Positions 11,931-22,643 of a DNA stretch of 64,000 nt are shown piece after piece; positions within the stretch are counted from its first letter, which is position 1, and every line of letters begins with the position of its first letter. Made by a program: the position numbers and the translations under genes. The notes beneath the pieces are model-generated. The model saw only the letters and a program-made list of their open reading frames with translations. It ran no database searches and was not told the DNA's origin. Source of the DNA: an uncultured Gemmatimonadales bacterium (GTDB taxonomy: Bacteria > Gemmatimonadota > Gemmatimonadetes > Gemmatimonadales > Gemmatimonadaceae); NCBI GenBank assembly GCA_963793305.1, contig CAWBZV010000002.1:352001-416000 (forward strand), given 5' to 3'.

Positions 11931-12778
11931 CAGATCCGTCGGAGGTGTCGACCGACCGACAAGGCGGATCCCACGAGCCCCAACAACGCGCCGGACAACA
12001 CGCCGAGGGTCGCGAGCCCCGGACCAAAAAACGAGGCCTGCACGAAGTACCGGCTGATCAGCGCCGCGGCGAGCCACGTGAGCAAGAGGGCCAGGGCGCC
12101 GCCGAAGATGCCCTTCACAAACCCCTCGATCAGGAAGGGCGCCCGCACGAAGGCGTCGGTCGCGCCGACGAGCCGCATGATGGCGATTTCGCGTCCGCGC
12201 GCGAGGACCGCCATGCGAATCGTCGCGCCGATGATGATCACCGCGACGGCGGCGAATGCCAATCCCAGCACCAGTCCCACCACGGTGGCCACCGTTCTGA
12301 TCTGATACAGCTTGACCACCCAATCCTCAGCGTATCGTACGTCATCGATGAACGTGTAGGTGCCGATGCGATCCGCCACGCGCTTGACCGACTGCGGGTC
12401 ACGCGCGTTCGGTTTGAGGCGCACCTCGACCGACGCCGGCAGCACGCCGCTCTCGAACACGTCGCCGAACTCGCCGAGCTCACTCTTGGCCCGCGCCAGC
12501 GCCGAGTCCTGGGAGATGAAATCGACGTGCGCGACCTCCGGGAATGCCGCGATATCGCCCATGGCCGCGGCGACCGCTTCCGGGGCCGTCCCATCGGCAA
12601 TGTACCCCGCGATCTCGACGCGCTCCTCGGTCCGTCTCAGCGCATCGCGCAAGTTGAGCGCGACGAGGCCGAACAGGCCGAACGCAAACAACGAAAACGC
12701 GATCGTCACGATGCCGAGGACGCTCAACAGGGGCGCCCGTCGGAATGCAATCAGCGACTCGCGGATCGCCAGTCTCAC
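11930..12778 (-). CDS. ftsX: Cell division permease FtsX
   Basis: REIAIMRLVGATDAFVRAPFLIEG; GTG at 12778 overlaps the corrected ftsE stop (GTGA). Confidence 0.92.
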   Translation of the reverse strand: MRLAIRESLIAFRRAPLLSVLGIVTIAFSLFAFGLFGLVALNLRDALRRTEERVEIAGYIADGTAPEAVAAAMGDIAAFPEVAHVDFISQDSALARAKSELGEFGDVFESGVLPASVEVRLKPNARDPQSVKRVADRIGTYTFIDDVRYAEDWVVKLYQIRTVATVVGLVLGLAFAAVAVIIIGATIRMAVLARGREIAIMRLVGATDAFVRAPFLIEGFVKGIFGGALALLLTWLAAALISRYFVQASFFGPGLATLGVLSGALLGLVGSALSVGRHLRRI

Positions 12779-13459
12779 GAGGCCGCGACCTCGGGATGCG
12801 CCGAGTCGGCCACGACACGTCCTTGCAGCATTCTCAACACTTCTGTAATCGGATCGCCGCATCAGTTCGAGATCGTGGGTCGCCATGACCACCGCCGTTC
12901 CAGCCGCATTGATCTCGCGCAGCAACTGAAACACGCCGCGCGTGGCGCGATCATCCAAATTTCCCGTGGGTTCGTCCGCGATCAATACAAATGGGTCGTT
13001 GACCAATGCCCGCGCGATGGCGACACGCTGTTGCTCGCCACCGGATAGCTCTTTTGGATACGCGTTGCCTTTCGACGCCAACCCAACTTGGGTCAACAAT
13101 CGATTGACCTTGGCTGGGATGCCTTCGCGTGGAGCTCCGGTCACTTCGAGTGCAAAGGCGACGTTGGCGTGTGCGGTCCGGTCGTCGAGCAAGCGAAAAT
13201 CCTGAAAGACCACGCCGAGATGACGGCGAAGGCGAGCGATGTCCGCGCGCTTGGCCTCACTGGAGTTCGTCCCGCTCACGCGGACCTCGCCACTGGTCGG
13301 CCGCTCCTCCATATAGATCAGGCGCAGCATCGTGCTTTTTCCGGACCCGCTGGGACCGGTGAGAAACGCGAACTCGCCTTTCGCGATGTGCAGCGTCACG
13401 TCGTTCAGCGCGAGCCCGGTGCGCGGATACTCCTTGGAGACCTTCACCAGGCGAATCAT
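12775..13459 (-). CDS. ftsE: Cell division ATP-binding protein FtsE (frameshift at ~12831)
   Basis: [40 protein letters not shown]; removing one base gives ...[20 protein letters not shown]. Confidence 0.93.
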
Positions 13460-14523
13460 TTCAGCGCCTGCTCCAAATCGGCGATGAGATCGTCGGCTTC
13501 TTCGAGCCCGGTCGAGAGTCGGACGAGCCCGTCGGGACTGCCGTGCTTCGTCACCACAGAATCGACGCCGCCGACGTTCGCCGCGTACGTCCAGAGCGAC
13601 AATCGTCGGACGAACCGGTCGGCCGCCCGCGCGCCGCCCGCGAGCTCGATCCCCAGCACGGCGCCATAGCCGTCCAGATGATGCGTCGCCGTCGCATGAT
13701 CCTCATGCGACGCGAGCCCGGGGTAGTGCACGCGCTTGATCTCCTTTCGCTCCGCGGCCCACTGGGCGATCCGCATGGCGCTCTCGTTCTGACGCGAGAC
13801 GCGTACCGCCAATGTCTTGAGCCCCCGCTCCAGCAACCAGCACGCGAACGGATCGGGAGTCTGTCCCCATAACGCCATCTTGTCGCGCGCCTCGTCAATG
13901 ACCGGCGCCGAGCCGAGGATGACGCCACCCGCCGCGTCGTGATGGCCGTTCAGCAGCTCGGTCGTCGACTGGATCACGACATCCGCCCCGTGCTCGATCG
14001 GCCGGAAGTTGATCGGGCCGGCGAACGTCGAGTCGACGACGAGCGCGAGCCCCAATTCCTTCGTGAGCAAGCTCACCGGTCGGAGGTCGAGGACCCGGCA
14101 CGTCGGATTCACGGGCGACTCGAGGAAGATCGCGCGCGTCTCCTTGCGCAAGCGCTTCCGCCACCCGCGGCTCTCCAACGGGTCGACCAACGTGACCGCG
14201 ATCCCGACCCGGTCGAATTCCTGCGTCAGCAGCTTGTGGACACCGCCAGAGATCCACGCGCTCGCCAGCAGGTGATCTCCAGGGCGCAACAAGGCCAGGA
14301 GGGCAAGCGCGGTCGCCCCCGTGCCGCTCGCTGTCAGGACCGCGGCCTCGGCACCTTCCATAGCCGCTAGCCGACGCTCGACGAGCGTGGCGTTCTGCGC
14401 GACGCCGACCGCTTGGTAGATCGGCGTGGCGACCGGCGGCGCGTCGTCGCCGCCTTCCACTCCGCCATGGATGGCGAGCGTGGAGAGCCCTAGCGCACGT
14501 CGAGATTTCGAAGAAGGTGTCAT
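13456..14523 (-). CDS. Cys/Met metabolism PLP-fold (transsulfuration family) protein with degenerate active site
   Basis: FLESPVNP, VVDSTFA, RGLKTL, VHYPGL, LVRLSTGLE; PLP lysine position reads STTELLNGH. Confidence 0.85.
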   Translation of the reverse strand: MTPSSKSRRALGLSTLAIHGGVEGGDDAPPVATPIYQAVGVAQNATLVERRLAAMEGAEAAVLTASGTGATALALLALLRPGDHLLASAWISGGVHKLLTQEFDRVGIAVTLVDPLESRGWRKRLRKETRAIFLESPVNPTCRVLDLRPVSLLTKELGLALVVDSTFAGPINFRPIEHGADVVIQSTTELLNGHHDAAGGVILGSAPVIDEARDKMALWGQTPDPFACWLLERGLKTLAVRVSRQNESAMRIAQWAAERKEIKRVHYPGLASHEDHATATHHLDGYGAVLGIELAGGARAADRFVRRLSLWTYAANVGGVDSVVTKHGSPDGLVRLSTGLEEADDLIADLEQALK

Positions 14524-14793
14524 TCAGTCGACTTTCATGAGACTAATAATTTCGGACGGCGCTGCGCCGAGGACGTCCTGGAGAACCGCCATGCCGCGCT
14601 CCAGACTGTCGTCGACGCGAACGGTCGCGATCTCCTTGCGCCGTGGGCCGATCACCCAGGCGAGCCCTCCATCTTTGACTTGCCGGAGCCGCGCTTCGTT
14701 GCTATTCAGCCGGACTTCGGGACCGCGGTGGGGGTCACCACGCTTCGTGGCGATGAGCTCGACGACCTGGAGTGGCGGGTTGTACTCGGCCAC
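14524..14793 (-). CDS. Small protein resembling a stand-alone molybdopterin-dinucleotide-binding (double-psi barrel) domain
   Basis: VRLNSNEARLRQVKDGGLAWVIGPRR..ATVRVDDSLERG pattern. Confidence 0.6.
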   Translation of the reverse strand: MAEYNPPLQVVELIATKRGDPHRGPEVRLNSNEARLRQVKDGGLAWVIGPRRKEIATVRVDDSLERGMAVLQDVLGAAPSEIISLMKVD

Positions 14794-14797
14794 GATC

Positions 14798-15325
14798 TTA
14801 CGGAAACCGCAAATAGTGCGGTCCGGCGCGCATCACGACCCGCCGACTGGCCAGCGTCTCCAGGAGCCCCCCAGCATACGCCGGCTCCAGCGCCAACTCG
14901 CCGGCCACCGTGTGGGCATCCGCCCGTCCCAGTTTGCCGATCGCCTCCCACGCCAGTCTCTCCTCCCGAGCCAGCGGGCCCAGGAGACACCGCGCTCCGT
15001 CGGCCGTCTCGACGACGAGCGCCAATTCGTACCGTGATAAGGCCGTCTCGATCGCGTCGACGTGCGCCTCGTGCAGGCCACGACAGATAAAAAACCCATT
15101 CGTCGCCCTGAGCAGGAGCTTCGCGACGACTTCATCGGCGCACGAATAATCGAGGAGTCCCACGTGCGTGAAATCAATCATGGTGAGCGCCACGCCCGAG
15201 CGCTCGGACACTAGCAGCTCGATCTCGGTCCGCACCGCAACACCCGTCGGCCGTGTGACGAGGTTCGAGTACAACTCGCACACCGACCGCCGAAGGACAG
15301 AGCTCAGATCAATGGTCTGGATCAT
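14798..15325 (-). CDS. STAS-like (DUF4325-type) domain plus C-terminal winged HTH
   Basis: LVTRPTG..IDFTHVGLLDYSCADE; C-terminal AHTVAGELALEPAYAGGLLETLASRRVV. Confidence 0.65.
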   Translation of the reverse strand: MIQTIDLSSVLRRSVCELYSNLVTRPTGVAVRTEIELLVSERSGVALTMIDFTHVGLLDYSCADEVVAKLLLRATNGFFICRGLHEAHVDAIETALSRYELALVVETADGARCLLGPLAREERLAWEAIGKLGRADAHTVAGELALEPAYAGGLLETLASRRVVMRAGPHYLRFP

Positions 15326-16212
15326 TGAGCGATCCGCTCGGGGATGGTGATAAGAACCTGAGCGCCAGGAAAATACGGCAGTCCCAGGCACAGGGGGGTG
15401 TCCTCGTCCCACGACGGCACGATGGCGATCCGGGCGGTCCCGCTCCGAATGGACAGCTTGCCGGACCATTTGCCGAGAAAGTTGCGGGCGCCGGCCAATC
15501 CTTGCCCGCGCCCGCGGTCCCGAAAGCGGCTCACGCCCTGAATGACGGCCTCCTCGAGCGCCATCCCATCATCCCAACGGTCGCCGGGAGCAAGAGCCTG
15601 GCGGCCAGGCAGGCTCTCGAGCGATCGCCGGAATCCGAGACCGCCGTCCGACACGGCGATCTGCACGACTCGACGACCGAGCCGCTTTTTCCATTGATAC
15701 GTCTGGACCGCGACCCAGCCACTGGTCCCCGCGTGTTCGACGACGTTCTGGCAGACCTCGGAGAGCGTCACGACAAACCGCATCGTCGCGGAACTATCGA
15801 TGTTCAGCTCCGCCAGAATCTTTTGAGCCCGCTCCTTGATGCGCTCGACGACGTCGTGCACGTCACCGCTCTTCGAGACTTCGGTGATTTCCAGCAGCAC
15901 GTTCGACTCGCCACCCGGCCGCAGCTTGGGAAACGCCCCGCGGATGTCATACAGCGACTCCGCGTGGGAGAAGAAGCCGGTGCGAGCCCAGTATGACAGG
16001 GTATCGTCGGCCTCTGGTGGTACGAACGCGGGCGTTGTGGTCCGGGTTTGGGCCACCGTCAGCAGCGCCGTGAGCCCAAAGGGGGTCGCCCAGCGCGTAT
16101 GGCGGGCGTCGAGGAGAACCTTGTCGTCGGGCGCAATCTGGGAAAGCGCCTGAAATACTTGCTCGAAAGACGCGTCGTCGAGGGAGAGCGGCAACGAAAT
16201 GATCTGCGTCAC
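15322..16212 (-). CDS. HATPase_c (anti-sigma kinase-like) protein with STAS-like N-terminus
   Basis: SEVCQNVVEHA (N box), VSDGGLG (G1), GRGQGL (G2); no HisKA H-box. Confidence 0.78.
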   Translation of the reverse strand: MTQIISLPLSLDDASFEQVFQALSQIAPDDKVLLDARHTRWATPFGLTALLTVAQTRTTTPAFVPPEADDTLSYWARTGFFSHAESLYDIRGAFPKLRPGGESNVLLEITEVSKSGDVHDVVERIKERAQKILAELNIDSSATMRFVVTLSEVCQNVVEHAGTSGWVAVQTYQWKKRLGRRVVQIAVSDGGLGFRRSLESLPGRQALAPGDRWDDGMALEEAVIQGVSRFRDRGRGQGLAGARNFLGKWSGKLSIRSGTARIAIVPSWDEDTPLCLGLPYFPGAQVLITIPERIAQ

Positions 16213-17165
16213 GTCGGGCTCAGCTCTCCTCGTAAGTGGTGGGCAAGACCCGCGGCACCCCGATGACCAACATTGCGCGCCGCGGCCACGTGCGCTGCGC
16301 GCATGGCGTCGCCAAACTTATCACCGGCGAGCAGCCGCGAGAAATAGGTGGCGCCCCAGACGTCGCCGCATCCGGTCGGATCGCCGTCCGGATGGGCCGG
16401 CACGGCTGGGACGAGCGCCGTGCGTGCCTGTCCGAGCCGGGGCTCCTGTCCGACCCAGTCGATTCCGCCCTCGAACCCCGGCGCCGAGAAATACACCGCG
16501 CCCCGGCTCCCGAGCGTGACCACCAGGCACCGGACACTCTCGGCGAGCGCCGTCGCGGCGAGCGCCATGGGGTCGGGCGCCATCAGCGCCATCTCATCTT
16601 CGTTCACCTGCAACAGGTCCGCGCAGCGGCACCACGCCGCGACGTTCGCGAGTGGTCGCGGCACTCTCAGCCCGGTGGGCTCAATGCCGAGAAGCAACGA
16701 GTGCAGATCGAGATAAATGGGCCCGTGATAATGCTGTCGGATGAGCTGCGCCGTCTCGAGATCGAGCTCGTTGCCGGCAATCATATTGATGTACAGTGCA
16801 TCCAGCCCGTGGAGGAGGGGCTTGAGCCCCAGCCAAGACCACCCGGGGATGCCCCCGGTGAGTCTCTCACTCCGCCGCTCGGCGCTCGAATAACGCAATT
16901 CGACCCGATTATTTGGATACGGCACTTCTATTGGCGCCGATGCTGGTGCCAGTCGCCGAAATCCCCGCAAAAACTCCCTCGCCCGGGGCGCGAGATCAGA
17001 CCCGACTCTCACCAGAGGCACGAACTCCCAGTCTGGCGTCAGGGCGGCGTCGAACGCGCCGAGTGCGTAGGTGATGCCACCCCACTCCTCGACGGCCACC
17101 TGTCGAGGATCGCGCCCATAAATGATGTCCCAGACGAACGTCCCGATGACGCCAACCCTGCGCAT
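16209..17165 (-). CDS. PfkB family carbohydrate kinase
   Basis: QVNEDE, VVTLGSRGA, DPTGCGD. Confidence 0.85.
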   Translation of the reverse strand: MRRVGVIGTFVWDIIYGRDPRQVAVEEWGGITYALGAFDAALTPDWEFVPLVRVGSDLAPRAREFLRGFRRLAPASAPIEVPYPNNRVELRYSSAERRSERLTGGIPGWSWLGLKPLLHGLDALYINMIAGNELDLETAQLIRQHYHGPIYLDLHSLLLGIEPTGLRVPRPLANVAAWCRCADLLQVNEDEMALMAPDPMALAATALAESVRCLVVTLGSRGAVYFSAPGFEGGIDWVGQEPRLGQARTALVPAVPAHPDGDPTGCGDVWGATYFSRLLAGDKFGDAMRAAHVAAARNVGHRGAAGLAHHLRGELSPT

Positions 17166-17167
17166 CG

Positions 17168-18151
17168 CTAGATGCCGCCCAGCGCCTGCATCTTGAACGT
17201 CGCGACCGCGCCCACGACCCCGGCCGAGCCGCCGAGTATGCCGGGGAGAATGCGACAGGCATCGACCGCCGGTCTGAACGCTCGTCGCTTGACCTCTGCT
17301 CGCAACGGCTCGAACAACGCGTCGCCGGCCTCGGTCACACCGCCCGCGAGGACGACCACGTCGGGATTGACGATGTTGAGCAGATTCGCCAGCCCGGTAC
17401 CCAGAAACCGCGCGGTGTCGCGTACAACCTGGCGGGCCGTCTCATCGCCGCGCAGCGCCGCATCGTACACGGTCCGCGCGGTGATCTTCTGCAGATCCCC
17501 GCCAACCATGCGCGGCAGCATGGAGTCCTCGTCCCCGTCCAACGCCTCGCGCGCCCGCTCCGCTATGGCGGGTCCCGAAGCGTAGGCCTCGAGACAACCA
17601 TAGTTGCCGCATTTGCAGCGACGCCCGGTCGAATCGATCGTCGTATGCCCGATCTCGCCGGCGACGGACGAGGAGCCGTGATAGAGGTCGCCGTTCAAGA
17701 TCAACCCGCCGCCGATGCCGGTTCCGATGGTGAGCCCGACGACATTGCGACCACCGCGCGCGGCGCCGCACCACCACTCGCCCACGGTGGCGCAGTTCGC
17801 GTCGTTGTCCAACGTCGCTGGCAGATTGACCGCGGTCGCGATGCGGTCGCGAAGCGGGAAGTTGTGCCAGCCGAGGTTGGGAGCGACGATGACAATGCCC
17901 TTCTCGCGGTCGAGCGGCCCGGGCGCGCCCATGCCGACGCCGAGGAAGTCCGACCGCGCGGCGCCGGTATCGCGCATGACTTCGGCGATCACGTCCTCGA
18001 TCGTTTCGACGATGCGGTCGGCGACCGCAACGTCTCCCAAATCGGCGCGCGTGAGCCGCGAGCCGAACGCCAGCACCGCGCTTCCGTCGGTTGGGAGCGC
18101 GCCGGCGGCAATGTTGGTCCCGCCCAGGTCGATTCCAATGATGTATTTCAT
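17168..18151 (-). CDS. ROK family sugar kinase (glucokinase-like)
   Basis: IDLGGTNI, NDANCA, GTGIGGG, GEIGH, CKCGNYGCLE. Confidence 0.93.
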   Translation of the reverse strand: MKYIIGIDLGGTNIAAGALPTDGSAVLAFGSRLTRADLGDVAVADRIVETIEDVIAEVMRDTGAARSDFLGVGMGAPGPLDREKGIVIVAPNLGWHNFPLRDRIATAVNLPATLDNDANCATVGEWWCGAARGGRNVVGLTIGTGIGGGLILNGDLYHGSSSVAGEIGHTTIDSTGRRCKCGNYGCLEAYASGPAIAERAREALDGDEDSMLPRMVGGDLQKITARTVYDAALRGDETARQVVRDTARFLGTGLANLLNIVNPDVVVLAGGVTEAGDALFEPLRAEVKRRAFRPAVDACRILPGILGGSAGVVGAVATFKMQALGGI

Positions 18152-19081
18152 TGATGAATCGCGGCCTCTACGTCATCCACCGTGATCAGGGTCAGACACC
18201 GATTGCGATCAACCGCCAGCGGGCAGTCGTTCTTGGTGCACGGGACGCAGTCGAGCTCCGGATGCCGGAGCATCCGGTGGCTTGCGCCAAGCGGCCCGGT
18301 CACCGCCGGGTCCCCAGCGCCCCAGAGCGACACAGTCGGCGTACCGACCGCGCCCGCCAGGTGGAGAGGGCCCGTGTCGTTCGTCACCAGCAAGTCACAG
18401 GATGCGATGCCAGCCGCGAGCTGCGCCAGGTCGGTTTGGCCGCCAAGGTCGACGGCCACGTCCCCGGCCACCCGAGCGGTGAGCTCCCGCTCGGCCGGAC
18501 CGCCGAACACCACGACCCGGTCGGCCCGCTTCGCCAGCCGGCGGACCAGCTCGGCGAACCGAGCCGGTTCCCAACGGCGGCTCGGCGCATTCCCGCCCGG
18601 GAAAACTCCCACGACTCGGCCCTCGTGCCTCGGCCTCGGGATGTCCAGCCGGGGTATGAGCATAGCGCCTTCGGCGACTGCCGCCCCCACCAGGACCATA
18701 TACTGAGCGGCCCGATGCAGGCCTCGCAGGGAGTCAACGCTGACGGCGTCAGTCAGGAGGCAGGCGGCGCCCATCCGTATCGGTCCCACGCCGCGAGCGG
18801 ACGCCGCCAAGCGCGAAGATGAGCGCAGACGAGAACGACGGTGGCAGCAGGACGCCGCGCTGATAACGCGCAGCGCGAAGCGCGCGCGCGGCCGCGAGAG
18901 CGCCGAAGGCGCCGCGCGTCAGGGGTATTACGCGACCCGGAAGGCCAGCGAGCTGCAGCAGCGGCGCGAGACCCGCGAGCACGAGCACATCCGACGGAGC
19001 GGCGGCACGCAACGCGGGTAATGCCAGAACGACGTCGCCGAGGTGGTTCGGGGCCCGAACAATATCCGGCTTCGCGGTCAT
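18148..19081 (-). CDS. Glycosyltransferase family 9 (LPS heptosyltransferase II-like; frameshift at ~18759)
   Basis: [19 protein letters not shown] in the 19081 frame; [19 protein letters not shown] in the 18810 frame. Confidence 0.88.
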
Positions 19082-20859
19082 TCGACCTGCAGGACGGCGA
19101 GAAACGCCTCCTGCGGGATCTCCACGGTGCCCACCTGCTTCATGCGCTTCTTCCCTTCTTTCTGCTTCTCCAGCAGCTTGCGCTTCCGCGTGATATCCCC
19201 GCCATAGCACTTGGCGAGCACGTTCTTCCGCAGGGCCTTCACCGTCGTCCGCGCGATGATCTTGCTGCCGATCGCGGCTTGAATAATGACTTCGAAGAGC
19301 TGCTGCGGAATGAGCTCTTTGAGCTTGTCCGCGACCTTGCGGCCCCACTCGTACGCCTTGTCCCGGTGAATGATCACCGAGAACGCATCGACCGGATCGC
19401 CGTTGATCAACATGTCGAGCTTGACGAGATGGCTGGCCCGATACTCCAGCATCTCATAATCCAAACTCGCATACCCGCGCGAGATCGTTTTCAGACGATC
19501 GTAAAAGTCCAGAATAATTTCGGCCAGCGGAAACTCGAAGTCGAACTCGACACGCTGCGCATCGATGTACGACATCGTGATGTACACGCCGCGGCGCTCT
19601 TGCCCGAGCGCCATGATCGGCCCGATGTACTCGCTGGGCGCGACGATGCGCGCTTTCACAAAGGGCTCTTCGACCGAGGCGATCTCCGAAGGCGGCGGCA
19701 GCTTCGATGGATTCTCGAGCAGAACCATGTCGCCGTTGCCGAGGTGCACCCGGTACTCGACGCTCGGCACCGTGGTGACGAGATCGAGATCGAACTCCCG
19801 CTCCAGCCGCTCCTGCACGATCTCCATGTGCAAAAGCCCGAGGAACCCGGCGCGAAACCCGAATCCGAGCGCGGTGGACGTCTCCGGCTCATAGTTGAGC
19901 GACGCGTCGTTCAACTGCAGCTTGTCGAGCGCATCGCGCAAGTTCTCGTACTGGGCGGTATCGGTCGGATACAATCCGGCGAAGACCATCGATCGCACTT
20001 CCTGATATCCCGGAAGCTTCTCCACCGCCGGCTGGGTCGCATCAAACACCGTGTCGCCCACACGGGTCTCTTTCACGTGACGCACGTTGGCGACGACATA
20101 CCCCACTTCGCCGAGCGACAGCTGTTCGGCCGGGACCTGTCGCAGCTGGTTATAGCCCACTTCGGTGACGACGTACTTATCCTCGCTTGCGCCAAAGCGA
20201 ATCGTCATGCCCTGACGCACCGCGCCATCGACGACCCGCACGCTCGGAATGGCGCCGCGATACCGGTCGTAGTACGAATCAAAAATCAGCGCCCGCAGCG
20301 GCGCATCCGGATCGCCCTCGGGCGGCGGCACTCTGGCGATCAGCGCGTCGAGCAACTCCGGAATACCAATGCCCTCCTTCGCGCTGACCATCAACACCTC
20401 CTCGGCCGAGACGCCGAGCAGGTCCATGACCTCTTGTCGCCGCCGCTCCGGTTCGGCCGCGGGCAGGTCGATCTTGTTCAGAACGGGAACGATGGTGAGA
20501 CCCGCGTCGAGCGCCAGGAACAGGTTGGACAACGTCTGGGCCTGTATGCCTTGCGATGCGTCCACGACGAGAATGGCGCCCTCGCACGCGGCGAGGGAGC
20601 GGGACACTTCGTACGTGAAGTCGACGTGTCCCGGCGTATCGATCAAGTTCAATTCGTACGACTGATACGTCATCCGCACGGCGTTGAGCTTGATCGTGAT
20701 GCCCCGCTCCCGCTCGAGATCGAGCGTATCGAGCACTTGGTCCTTCATCTCCCGCTTCCCCAACGTGCCCGTGGCCTCGATCAAACGATCGGCAAGGGTC
20801 GACTTGCCATGATCGATATGGGCGACGATGCAGAAGTTCCGGATGTGCTCGAGCTTCAT
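19078..20859 (-). CDS. lepA: Elongation factor 4
   Basis: [48 protein letters not shown]. Confidence 0.98.
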   Translation of the reverse strand: MKLEHIRNFCIVAHIDHGKSTLADRLIEATGTLGKREMKDQVLDTLDLERERGITIKLNAVRMTYQSYELNLIDTPGHVDFTYEVSRSLAACEGAILVVDASQGIQAQTLSNLFLALDAGLTIVPVLNKIDLPAAEPERRRQEVMDLLGVSAEEVLMVSAKEGIGIPELLDALIARVPPPEGDPDAPLRALIFDSYYDRYRGAIPSVRVVDGAVRQGMTIRFGASEDKYVVTEVGYNQLRQVPAEQLSLGEVGYVVANVRHVKETRVGDTVFDATQPAVEKLPGYQEVRSMVFAGLYPTDTAQYENLRDALDKLQLNDASLNYEPETSTALGFGFRAGFLGLLHMEIVQERLEREFDLDLVTTVPSVEYRVHLGNGDMVLLENPSKLPPPSEIASVEEPFVKARIVAPSEYIGPIMALGQERRGVYITMSYIDAQRVEFDFEFPLAEIILDFYDRLKTISRGYASLDYEMLEYRASHLVKLDMLINGDPVDAFSVIIHRDKAYEWGRKVADKLKELIPQQLFEVIIQAAIGSKIIARTTVKALRKNVLAKCYGGDITRKRKLLEKQKEGKKRMKQVGTVEIPQEAFLAVLQVE

Positions 20860-21686
20860 GCCGGAAATATACCGGCGTCCAACGCTCCGAAGTGGGTGAG
20901 AGTGAGATCACCTTTCGCCAGGCGAGCCTTCACGCGGGGGCTCACCAACGCGGCGAGCTCGCGTTCGCGCTCCCAGGTGTACGAATCGAGCGCCGCGATC
21001 GCCGGCTCGTCGTACCCCGCGTGCACCATGAACTCCGTCACGCCGGGCTGAATCTGATCGAGTCGCTCCAGCACGCCCTGCTCGTACTCCCGCGCGCCGC
21101 TCATGGCGTAGCCCGTGAAATGATCGGCGAAGCGTGGGTGGTCGGACCGGCGCCAGAGCGAGGCGACACCGAGCAGCGTGAACGGGAACATGGCGCGAAT
21201 GATTTGCTGGCGCCGGGGCACCCTCGGCGAGCGCAGCCACGGAACGCCCTCTGCGCGCGCCACGGCCAGCACGCTTGCCCAGATGCCTGGCAAGGCGTGC
21301 AGGTGCCAATGGCTGTCGATATGCGTCACGGGCCTGCCCGCGGAGCGTAACAGCTCCAGCTGTGCACGGCACTCGGCCGCGACGTCGTCAGGATCGATCC
21401 GAAGGCCGAGCGCCCACAGCGACAGGCCCGCCACGCCGGCGAACTGACCGGTTTTGGGGTTGACCAGCGTGCGCGCGGTCGTCAGCGGTCGCCCCAAGCC
21501 TAAATTCAAGTGCAAACCGATGTCGATCGACGAGTCGCCAAGTCGCGCCCGCGCGTCCTCCCAACCGGGCGTCGTGACCATGACCAACGTCGACGTGATG
21601 ACGCCGGCCGCATGCCCGTCGAGGATGCCACGGCTGACGGCCGGGGTGAGACCGAAGTCGTCAGAGTTGATCACCAGATAGCGCAC
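20856..21686 (-). CDS. ChbG/HpnK (YdjC) family deacetylase
   Basis: [30 protein letters not shown]. Confidence 0.88.
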   Translation of the reverse strand: MRYLVINSDDFGLTPAVSRGILDGHAAGVITSTLVMVTTPGWEDARARLGDSSIDIGLHLNLGLGRPLTTARTLVNPKTGQFAGVAGLSLWALGLRIDPDDVAAECRAQLELLRSAGRPVTHIDSHWHLHALPGIWASVLAVARAEGVPWLRSPRVPRRQQIIRAMFPFTLLGVASLWRRSDHPRFADHFTGYAMSGAREYEQGVLERLDQIQPGVTEFMVHAGYDEPAIAALDSYTWERERELAALVSPRVKARLAKGDLTLTHFGALDAGIFPA

Positions 21687-21739
21687 GACAAGAAAAATTG
21701 ACCCCTTTCCGGCGCGCGTCTACCTTTCTCCGACTCGTG

Positions 21740-22643
21740 ATGGAAAGCACGCGATCCGATCGGGCCGATCTGTTCGACCCCGCGGTACTGGCCTCGATGG
21801 GACACATCGAGATCGTGGCGCGTTGGATCGTTGACGGCTTTTTGTCCGGCCTTCATCGCTCGCCGCGGAAGGGATTCTCCGTCGAGTTTGCCGAGTATCG
21901 GCCGTATCAGCCGGGCGATGACCTGCGCTACGTGGACTGGCGGATCGTCGCGCGCGCCGACCGGTGGGTCGTCAAGCAGTTCGAGGAAGAGACCAACCTT
22001 CGCGCCGCACTAGTTCTCGAACGTCAGCCGATCCATGGTCTGGCGCGGCGCGCCGCAGCGCCTCACCAAGCTCGCCTACGCCGAGCGCCTGGTGGCGGCG
22101 CTGTCTTTGTTGTTTCTTCGCCAACGCGACGCGGTCGGGCTGGTGCGGTTCGACGAGGCCGTCCGCACGGCTATCGCCCCTCGCGCGCGCACCACACAGT
22201 GGCGCCGAATCATTGCGGCGCTCGATGGTCCTGGCGCCGGTCGCGCCTCGAATGCCGCCGAGGGACTGGCTCATGCCGCACGGATGGTGCGCCGGCCGGG
22301 CATGATCATTCTCATCTCTGATCTGTTGACGGATCTCGCGCCGGTCGAGAAGGCGATCCGCGCCTTATCCGTCGCCGGACACGACGTCACGGTCCTGCAC
22401 ATCATGGATCCGGCTGAGCGGGAGCTCGCCGCGGCGGGCGATGCCGTCTTCGTGGACCCGGAGACGGACCTGGCCGTGCCGGCGACGGTCGCCGACGTTC
22501 GCGACGCGTACCGCGAGACGGTCGACGCGGCCATCGCCGAATGGCGCGATACCCTCGCGCGTACCGGCACGCGATACGAGACGGTCTTCACCGATAGCCC
22601 ATTTGGCCTCCCGCTGCGGCGCGCATTCGCGGCCCGCCAGTGA
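21740..22643 (+). CDS. DUF58 domain protein (frameshift at ~22020)
   Basis: GLHRSPRKGFSVEFAEYRPYQPGDDLRYVDW; corrected LDVSRSM; IILISD. Confidence 0.9.

Noticed and set aside
11930..13459. Apparent 509-aa FtsE-FtsX fusion in the ORF track
   Set aside because: Removing one base at ~12831 restores a normal FtsE C-terminus whose stop overlaps the ftsX GTG; it fits the window-wide +1 error pattern
18841..21051. Long antisense ORFs (e.g. 736 aa opposite lepA, 560 aa opposite pilT/typA)
   Set aside because: Shadow ORFs expected from high-GC codon bias; no recognisable motifs
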